64,000 bases of DNA from Antedon mediterranea (taxonomy: Eukaryota > Animalia > Echinodermata): contig NC_092678.1 in assembly GCF_964355755.1 (NCBI RefSeq), forward strand, positions 8,510,422-8,574,421. Reading direction: 5' to 3'. Below, piece after piece: positions 1-10,700 of the stretch; within the stretch, counting starts at the first letter, position 1, and every line of letters starts with the position of its first letter. A program made the position numbers and the translations under genes. Below the pieces are notes generated by a model. That model was not told the origin of the DNA, did no database searches, and saw only the letters and a list, made by a program, of their open reading frames with translations.

Positions 1-87
1 TGGCCGTCTGGTATCTGATGTTAGACGTGAGCTACTCAAACTGGCCGTCTGATACATGATGTTAGACGTGAGCTACTCAAACTGGCC
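1..87. repeat. End of a 41-bp tandem repeat
   Basis: Unit tggccgtctg(g/a)ta(tc/ca)tgatgttagacgtgagctactcaaac at 1-41 and 42-82, plus a partial third copy; may continue left of the window. Confidence 0.8.
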
Positions 88-276
88 AGTCGACGCTATC
101 GTAACGATTTACTTCAAAAGGCACTCGCTATCGTTATCATTTCAACTTGATCGCTATCTATAGCCTATTTTTGTAAATAATCTTAAAGTAATTTATCTTT
201 ATGTATTTTTAATTTAAGAGGGCCCATGAATGTCAACTCGTATTGTCCAGCTGAAAGGGTTACCCTCTATAAATAT

Positions 277-541
277 GGCCATGTTTCCGCAGCCAGCCAA
301 TAAAGTGCGCATGATCAGTTATTACCAAAACAACTAGATGTCCAATCATAGCGCAACAATTTGTCCTCCAGGTCAAAGCTTATAAATTATTGCATTTATT
401 TGATATTTATCTGATTTGAATGAGATAAATACAGTATTGGTTAATTTTTCTTGAGTGGAATCGGAATGTTTCCACAGGCAGTTTATCGGTTACTTTTTAT
501 TCGTGATTTATTGGTTAATATTTGGCTGTGGAAACACGGCC
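277..541. mobile_element. MITE, Harbinger-like
   Basis: Imperfect TIRs ggccatgtttccgcagcca / tggctgtggaaacacggcc; non-coding interior. Confidence 0.55.
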
Positions 542-1744
542 TAAAGTTGAAAAAAAAAAGATAGTTTGATGTACACAAAATATTTACAGTACAATTATCC
601 ATTCATTCAATTTTCTACACTTTATTGTACTGCATCTTATTACAAATTAAAGTCAGAACCTTAAAAATATATATAAATATGGTCATGAAGTTCTTGAAGT
701 ACTTTATAAACCAATAAATTTCCTTAATTTGTATGCTAAATTTTTAAAAGCTTGTCATATGTCACAATGCTGACATAGAGGGCAGCGTCATAAAATAGTA
801 TGTCTGACAATGACATTGTTGTGCTATAAAACTAATTTAACAAAATTCTAACAAACATTTTGTCGCATAATTTAAAAAACTTCAGATGTGCTAAAACGGT
901 GTATTACATCAGCTGCCAAAAATATAATATATACACTTCAAATACACATGCAACGGAGAATACAGAAATTATTATTTGATGGTCCTCAACTAGAGTACAG
1001 TACACAATATGAAACTAAACCCAGTCCAAAGTGGGTGGGGTCATGGTGCAATGGGGTAGTTATCCTAATGTGAATAATAAAACAGACATAAATAAACAGT
1101 ATTTAATACTGTACAAACAGTTACCTGTGCATGTGTAAGCATGCACCGTTTAATTCAGCACTGTATTTGGTTGATTTAACATTTGTTTTTAAACTGCTGT
1201 CCTAAAATGAATAATGTAAAACTATGTGAAATAAAATATTAATAACTACAACTCCCAAATAACTCCCAAATCATACTACAGAAACTTAAAACTTTTATTA
1301 ATCAAGATTTAGAATTTAAAAAAAAGATGTTTCCTGATTTAGATAATCATATCCAGTAATGCATTCTACTGTAGTTACTACATTTTTCAACTGCAATAAT
1401 TTTAGCTTGTTTGTCGTAGAAGTTTACAATGTTTTACGACAAATACTTGCTAAATATTAATAAACAGGTTAAAGAAGAATAAACAAAATGTAGGTACTGC
1501 AGTAAATTAATGTTGAAATGGTCCCTTACACATTATTATATTAAAATAGTTGTTTCAATCTTAAATTGTAAACATTATTATAATTGTAAAACCACTGCAT
1601 TTATACGAAATTCTAGGAAAACTACAATTACCCCAAGACAAGCACTGCACCACCATGAATACTCCCCGACAGCACCCACCCACCAACAATCAACTGTAAC
1701 AACCAGTTGACAAAGGCTTAGTATTCCGTTCTCAATTGTACAGT

Positions 1745-4700
1745 TTAGTACAAGAATCCATGACAATTGTCAGCACCGCAACGGCATGGAATAGGCTCCA
1801 GCTTGGCAATTGAATTTTCGCTAGATAATGTGTTCCTATTCTTGTCAGGTGTGTTCCAATTCTTGTCAGGTGTGTTGCTATTCTTGTCAGGTGTGTTGCT
1901 ATTCTTTTCAGGTGTGCTCCTATTCTTTTCAGGTGTGCTCCTATTCTTTTCAGGTGTGCTCCTATTCTTTTCAGGTGTGTTGCTATTCTTTTCAGGTGAG
2001 TCCCCTTTACTTGTAGCTTGTGGCATACCTGTTGCCCCTACACAAGGTAAAGTAAAGGTAAAGGACAAAATAATTAATATGTTTAAATATTTTTTTCTTT
2101 TGTATGATTACAGTATATTATTGGGTAACTTCTCAGTGGTGCCCACCAAACCCGCGTGTACAGGTTCTGCGGACTATGTCCAGGAGGGGGCTGAATACCA
2201 TTGATTGTATCCCAAAATAATCGTCATACTGTTAAATATAGTCCCTTTGTTTACCGTCTCAATATGAAATCTCCTTAACAAGAAATGCTATTTAGCTAAA
2301 TTCTGAAAAGATCGTAAAAGATTCAAATAGATGTCTTTGCATGATTAGTTGATGGTTAAAAAAAGCATTTGATTCTTGCTTCTGATTTATCTTGACATGC
2401 CTCTCCTTGTTGCCAACATACCACAAGCCTGCGATCTCTGATTTTACTTTTGATAATATAATATAAGTTCACATTAACCATAACAGGAGGATCACTCTTG
2501 TAGGCCTTTATTTAAATGGAAAAAGGGTTCTCCGCATGTTGTATTACCAATATTTTAAATTGTACGTTGTGGATGTTTGAGACAACGATTAGACATATTC
2601 ATTTTGTGGATTTGAATAAAGTGAAATATAATGGATTCACAAGTATAATATAATGTACGAAATGTTGTTGAAGTATTGACTTAGCTCCCCTTTGTTATTT
2701 ATTAAACTGTTAATCTTTCACAAACGTCGTATAATAATGGCCAGTACACGTCGTTCTCATTACGTTCTCTATCTGTGTTTTATTATATGCCATCTAAGAT
2801 ATAATTTCATCTTAAAAACCAGCACATATCATCCTGAAGCAAATATAAACACTGTTCAATGTATCAACGGACGTAAGTTTATGCAGTTTGACGATTATTT
2901 ACCTCTAATCATTCACAACTTGCTAGGCCTCACTGTGCATTGCTGTACACACCTGCACACAACAATCAATACCGATGTCCACCTTTGTTATGAACAATGG
3001 CTGGGCATTCAGCCTGAAATTGCCGGCCTACTCGATTGTAGACGCTGTAGGAACAATGGTACTACTCATCTCAAATACAGTGGTGCCAGAGTTCCATACT
3101 TTTCAGCTAGATCTTGTGTCTCAACTTTTCAACCTACGATTATCAAGTGTGGCGACATCGAAGTCAATCCCGGACCAACGATCGGCCAACATGTTTTGAA
3201 TTCCACATGCTCTACCACGTCCAGTCATCAAAATCAAAACAATAACAACAACACTCCTAAGCTCTACTATCAGAACATTAGAAGCATAAAAAATAAATTA
3301 GATGTATACAACTCTGAATTGCAAGGTCGTCTTTTAAATAATTCATTTGACTTCGTTTGTTTCTCTGAAACATGGCTCAATTCATTTGTTTCCGACTCAG
3401 AATTATACTGTCCTGGTTTCACCATACATAGGAAAGACAGAAACGATGGTAGAAGGCGAGGCGGAATTATGTTGCTTACCTCCAACAAGTTTAAATCGAG
3501 ACGATTGGTCCATCTTGAACATAAAGATGTGGAATTACTATGGACTGAAATCAAAATGAGTAAAAGTAAGGTTGTACTTATCGGAGTCGTCTATAGAGCA
3601 CCAAACAGCAATCGTGAGAGTATTTTAAAAATCGCCCAATTGGTTGAAGATGCAATGTCTACTTACCCCCGGCATCAACTCATCTTGGTAGGAGATCTTA
3701 ACCTTCCCAACATTAAGTGGACAACTGATGGTACGGGATCAGCATCCACAAATTCAATTGGTGAACTATTCATTAACAGCTTGTTGAACGGTCTTAATTT
3801 GATCCAATGTAATGTTACGGCTGCATGTAACAATAATATTCTTGATTTAATTTTATGCAATTCTAAGGAACTTATTTCTGACATTGTTGTTGGTCAAGAT
3901 ATTTTTTCTTCTGACCATCGCACTCTTATATTGTCTTTAAATTTTTATGTTACCAATATTAGTCATAATAGATTATATAGAAAATCTTATAATTTTAAAG
4001 CAATTAATGACAGCGACCTTATTGATCATTTCGACAAAGTTCCTTTTGATATCATTAACACCGAAGACAATGTTGATGATTGTGTTACTGTTTTTTACGA
4101 TTTAATTGACGCCGCCCTCCGCGATCTTGTCCCCATCAAAACATTCAGACGCCAAATGCCGCCATGGTTTGACCATGAAATTAGAGCTATCTTGAAACGT
4201 AAAGAACACCTTTTCAGAATGTGGAAAAAACATAAACTAATACACTTTAAAAATGATTTCATTACGGCCAGAAAAACGTTCAAAAAGCTTGCCAAAAAGA
4301 ATTACTCACAATATATCCGTTCCCTCTCTGATAGCATAAAATCTAATCCCAAGCGCTTTTGGACATGGATCAAGACGAAAACAAAAACGTCGTCTTATCC
4401 GTCTGTTTTGAACTACGGGGACAAGGTCGCGGAGAGTGCGAAAGATAAAGCTATTTTGTTTAATTCATTTTTTCATTCTGTTTTTCAAAAATCTAGTATC
4501 ACTGACCAACATTATGCTCTCCCTGAATCATCCCTTGATTATTTAAGTATACCTGATATTCAGCCGGATTCTGTTTACAAATTGCTTACGTCTATCAAAC
4601 CACATAAAGCTTCTGGCTGTGATGAGCTGAGTAACCATGTTTTAAAAGTTTGTGCGAAACCTCTCTCTATTCCTATCTGTTCTATTTTTAACAAATCTCT

Positions 4701-7700
4701 GACTTTTGGTAAATTCCCATCTTTCTGGAAGCAATCTAATGTTGTTCCTATCTACAAATCTGGTTCCAAGAAATCCGTCACCAATTACAGACCGATTTCA
4801 ATTTTGCCTACCATCTCAAAACTTTTCGAACGAGTCATGTATAATCACATTTGGTCCCATGTTCATCCTACCATCTCTCTCTATCAGCATGGTTTCGTTC
4901 CCAACAGGTCATGTGAAACAAATCTTGCTTGTCTTCTGACAACTGTGTATGATGCCATCAAGGGCAGAGCACAATGTGATGTTATATATACTGACTTCTC
5001 AAAAGCTTTTGATTTGGTGCCACACAATCTTCTTATTTTTAAACTTCAACGACTTGGTTTTAATCCTCATCTTTTGTCCTGGTTCAGAAGCTATTTGGAT
5101 GGTAGACGTCAACGTGTAGTTATCGATGGCGAGGCATCTGAGTGGCTTCCAGTTCATTCCGGTGTTCCTCAGGGGTCAATCCTCGGTCCCCTCCTTTTTA
5201 ATTTGTATGTGAACGATATTCCATCGCTGTTTCGCTATTCAGATTGTCTTATGTTTGCTGACGATCTAAAAATTATTAAAACTATCAACAGTTATGAAGA
5301 TGCTGAAATGCTTCAGGGAGACCTTACTAAATTTAGTTCCTGGTCCACTTTGTGGGGCATGATGTTAAACTCTTCCAAGTGCAATATTTTGTCCTTTACT
5401 TTAAATAAAAATAAAATTGTTTATGTCTATTCCGTCGACGACAAACCTATTAATAAGGTGCATCAACATCGTGATCTCGGTATTATTTTAGATAGTTCCC
5501 TTACTTTTTCTTTTCATGTCGATCATCTTCTAAATAAATGCAATAAGCTGCTTGGGCTGATGTGGCGCAATGGAAAATATCTCGGTCGTTCTTCCAAAGT
5601 TTATCTATATATCACCTTAATCCAACCTAATTTAGACTTTTATTCTGTTATTTACAATTCAATCTCCAAAACCCAAGCCTCACGTATTGACCGACTCTAT
5701 TCTAGATTTTTGCGCTACATCAGCCACAACCACAATCAGAATAATCTTTTTAAATGTAACAATCTTTATAATTGTGATGATAAAAAAATATATCCCATAT
5801 CTCCCCCTTCATTACGTAGATGTCACAATGATCTTATTTTTCTTTTTAAATGTCTTCATTCTATTTTTGACTGCAACTTTATAGGCAGGGCTCGAAATTC
5901 ACGCTAGCAAACTAGCATTTTGCTAGTAGATTCTTGATAATTGCTAGTTGAAAATTTCATAACTAGCAAATGTTTGCTAGTGTAATTTTTGAAAAAATAG
6001 GTACTTTTTAGCTTAGCCACGCTAGCCGCCAATCGCTATGTCGACAACGGCTAATAGGAACAAATTTGGTGAAAACAATTGTTTCATTTACACGCCGCCA
6101 ATTTACGTCAAGGAAACGCTAATAGCACCGTGAATCATGTGGTAGCATAGTTGTTAACGATGTGCATTATATTAACAGCAAGCTTTTCCCCAACACAAAA
6201 GCATGTGCATTTAGTACGTCGCTAAGGATTACATCTTCAGTCACCTGATTACAGAATACGCGATTATCAATTTAGGGATTTAACGAAATAAATATTTTGC
6301 CTACCCAGTGGTCGAAGCGCGTATTTAATAGATTCGCAAATAGTAAACACCCCCCACTTAATGGACTCTTCCAATTTTGGAGAAGAACGTCTCCTCGGCA
6401 CACCACGAGGTCCTGTTGTTTGTGCGATGGATTTTCTTACGCCTATATTGTTTACCTGTGGAATTAAATTACACACACTTTCGCATCACAACTTTAATTA
6501 CTGATTTTACATAGCAATGAGCAAAGGATTCATCAAAGAAGAATACGTTGAATAAAAATTCACTTAAGAAATGCCGTAAGCTGTTTTCAAACTATTGATC
6601 AGCCCACTATTATTCCAACATCATGCCTCTCGTGCGATAGGGAATTTCCTGGATAGAGACGAGTGGAGCGCGAGAGACGGCGGAGTGAGGCGGGCGTAGC
6701 TTGGGACGGATTAGTAGTTAGGGCCTACCAATTTCGCTCGGTGGCAATTAAATTTAATGTTTTAATTACGTCTGGATATATAAACAATATAAAACTCAGT
6801 TTTGTCATCGGCAATAATATTTTATACATAGGCCTAGTCAATTTTGTTCCGCTTCAAATTTTAAAAGTTTCGACCTAAAAAAAAGTGGGCCGAAACGTCT
6901 CGGGACGAATCGTCCATAGGCCGAAACGCCCTTGATTTGGCTAGCATGAAAGCATGTCTTGATCTTTTTTTAATTTGGCTAAAAAGGGTACTACTACTAC
7001 TACAGCTTTGCCTAGCAGCTAGGCCTACACCTAAAAGCTAGGTCTAGGTCTACACCTAAATAAATTCAGATTTGTGTAGAATTTAACTATTTTACCGAAA
7101 AAAAATTGTGATTGCTAGTTATGCTGCTGATTTTGCTAGTTAATTTGTTTACAACTAGCAAAGTTTGCTAGTCGAAAAAAAAGTAAATTTCGAGCCCTGC
7201 TCCTATTTCGGTATTCGTGTTCCCGCCCGTAATTTAAGAAACAATAGTATCCTTTGTGTTCCCTTTTGTAGAGTCAATGTTCTCAAAAGTGGTTACATCA
7301 GTAGATTAAGTTTATATTATAATAGTTTAGTCCAGGCCCATCCCCATATTGACATTTTTAATTCCAATCTTTATCTGTTTCGTCGTAATTTAAGTGTTTC
7401 TGAGTTGTTGTAATTGTTTTGTATCTGTTAAACCAAGCTGTAAGTGGCGGATTTGTTTCTGCTGTTGTTTCTGGTTTTAAAAAAAAAATAAAAAAAAAAA
7501 TAAATAAAAAAATAAACTTACCTGTCATTTGATAATCAAAGGTTAGCTCTTCTCCAGCTGAGATATCCCTACAAGCAAATAAAGCTATTCTTGGGAATCG
7601 AACATCAAGTGTATCGATCCATACACCATATACCACCAGGTTTGGATCACACTAAACAACAAATTTAATTGATTTAAAATGTTATATAGCTTCTATTTAA

Positions 7701-10700
7701 AGGATAGATAGAAGCACTGTGGCGTAATGGCTATGTGCGCACTGGCTAAATCCAGAGGAAAAAACAGGCATTATATGTCGAAAAAAGGCTAAAAACACCC
7801 AAGACCTCCAGCGTTGGAGGGCCATTTACTGTAGGATCCCTGGACCATGAGCTTCAGACCTCTGCGTTTAGAATTGAAGGGTGTTTGATAGTAGAAGTTT
7901 ATCTCCAAAGAGAGGAAAGAAAAAGTGCGTACACCACAAGTCTTAATGCAGAAACTTGGAATTAATTATCAGAGGAACAAGGTAACGGAACATACCGAGG
8001 TGATAGATATGCAGTAATAGCTTTTAACATAAAATTATTTGTGGAAATATAATAAATTCGGTTTTTTAAGATTTAGCTTTATAACATCAGATGACATCAG
8101 GTAGAATTTATTGAATATTTTGAAGTTTCTTAAAATCAGTAAGCTGATCTATAGGGTTAAAAGGAAGAAATAATTGAATTTCGATTTTGAATTGGATTGC
8201 ATGTGAATGAATGATATTGGCTAAAGGAGAAAAAGGAAAATAAAAGAGTACTACTGAATTTTGCGGAACAACACAATTAAAGTTTGGAAATTTTTAACCT
8301 ATATTGTCCCCCTAAAAAAATGTAATGTCACAAAATAGTTATACACTTTGACTAAAAATTGGATGAAAAAAAAAATTATTTACCAGAAAAAAATGTAATT
8401 TAAAGCAAAAAAATAGTTAAATTGACTGGAAGACAATGGGTTGAATTTAACCATTTATTTTGTTTTTTATAAGTAAAAACAGTTTTTTCTACTTCCAACG
8501 GAACTGAATAAAACTGCGAAATGGCCTATTCAAAGTCTTTTTTTGTTATTATTCTTCATTTTTAATGTTTTTAGGGGAAAATATACAGTACTGTATTTTT
8601 TATATTACGAAGTATGAGCAAATTTTGGCAACTATTTTATTTCTGTTTTTGTAACTCTATTTTGCCTTGCGTTGCTTTAGGAAACAACAGAGCAAACAAA
8701 CTATCTATCTCACCCTAAGATTTCATTTGGTTAGCCAAACATTTTGACATGGTCTCTGTCTGCAATATCAAACTAGTTTGATCAAAAATTATGATGTACG
8801 TGTTCAAATATGGTAGTAATATGACATCATCATGTCCATATATGCATATACATTTGTTTTCCACATGAAGTTTAATAGTGTAGACAGGGCTTAACTTACT
8901 GAATGATTGACAAAATGAGCTACGTTTCCATATTTTCCTGCATCAACCACATAAGGACAGTCGCTTTCATTATAGTCTAAATCAAACAAGTATGTTCGTC
9001 CATTACAATCATATTCCTGGCCTCTACGTTCTGCTTCCTCGTTGCCTATTACCTACAAAAAGGTCAAGATTAACATTATTTTTAGATAGATATTACTCAT
9101 TAATACTAATAATAATACCGTACTTTATGAAATTGGAAACACTCCCAAAATCAGACTTTTCTTGAGGAACAAAAGGTCCCAAATTAATTTTAACCATTAA
9201 ATACACATTATGAATACCAGATTTTGAAACCAGAAAAACTAGATATATTTTAAGTATTGGGAAAGAATTTGTTTAGTTAAACTTGCACAAGTTCAGACAT
9301 ACAAAAACTACTAGAAACTGTGCAGGAAACCATGCAGCCACAGACAGATTCTCTATTTGGTAATATTTTTTAACTTTAAAAACTTTACGAAATTGCTTCC
9401 TTTACTGTTGATGTGTATATGTGTCTGTGATGTATGTGTACGTGCAGTTATGTTTACATTTATATATATAAGTATATATTCTTAAATGGCTTTCCAATAT
9501 ACAAGTTTTCAATTTAATTTTTTCCAATTGTTAGATACTTCCTTGGGGTTTTTTTTCCTCTTCCATTTTTTATATAACTGAATTGAATTAACTGACCATG
9601 TCTAGATAGTATGTTACATATAAAAAGGGTGGCTTTTTAAAATTTTAAGTTGCTACATAAAATGTTACCAACTAAGGGCGCGTTTATACAACACGCTATT
9701 ACACGCATATTCTACACGCCTACGAAAAGTGTGTTGTAAAACAACAAAGAGATTCCGTGTAATGAGATTTTAATTGCAAAAAAGGCTACTTGGCTGAATC
9801 CTAAAATTTGGTGGATTCCCGGTCGCCGTTACCGTGTTGGAAGTGTCCTCAGGGTATATTTTGACCTCTCGTTAAAACAGGTCGTAATATCAATCATGTC
9901 ATGCGACATTGCTAACAAGATTGGGCCCATTTATTGCTGCTTCGCTGCCAGCAATCATCCTCCTACCACGTCTTACGCCTAGCCTAGTGGGGCCAACTCG
10001 TAGTGGTAGTAGGCCTCTATCGTTTCCCACTCCAAACAGAATAAAAAAAATAACATCGCAAAAATGGCATCTTCTTCCATAGTGTATAGATGAAACAATG
10101 AAACCCTTAAAATAACTTTTATTAATTTAAATGAACCGAGAACAAACTAAACAACAATGCAAACGTGAACGAATACAATATAATGAAAATGGTAAAAACC
10201 GCGCGAATACATCGGACAGCGCGAGGAGGCGACGATGATTGTTGACAACTCAGCCAATTCAAGCGCGATCAACGATTTGACCTTTTATCCTAGCATGCAC
10301 TGCGTGTTGATGAAACTTCCGGTATAACACGGTATCGTGATTTCTAGTATAACAGCAAACGTTAAGGTGGGTTGACCTCGGTCCGAACAACACGCTAAAA
10401 ATTAAAGCCGTGTTCAAATTTAGGGTGTTGTATAAACACGACCTAAGTGTAAGCTAAAGTTATGGAATTTGTCCAACTGCAATTATTATAAATATTTTAA
10501 TGAGGAGGTTGAAAATGAAACGCATGTTATTTACAGTACATGCAAAGAAGTAAAAAATTGCTTGTTGCGCTATGCTAAAAACTTGTTTTGCATTTACTCA
10601 GGAAGTTACATGGGAGAAAATTGGAATAATAAGTAAAGTCAGTCATAGACTTGGTTAATGTTTACTGCTGAGTTAGAAATTATAATCAATAGTGAGTTTT

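Larger units (their letters stand above)
2692..7516 (+). mobile_element. Non-LTR retrotransposon (CR1/L2 group, APE + RT) in the last SUV39H intron, antisense to the host
   Basis: APE motifs YQNIRS, SETWL, YRAP, GDLN, LDL, SDH; RT motifs [32 protein letters not shown]-terminus resumes at 7200-7413 after a nested element; A-rich/(TAAA) tail ~7479-7516. 5' boundary is approximate. Confidence 0.92.

Noticed and set aside
1767-2204. Plus-strand hydrophobic ORF (LLFFSGV)n and Cys-rich ORF
   Set aside because: Antisense frames of the 21-bp SUV39H repeat.
6885-6935. ccgaaacgtc motifs resembling a hammerhead 3' half
   Set aside because: No upstream CUGANGA; short repeated motif within a TIR element.
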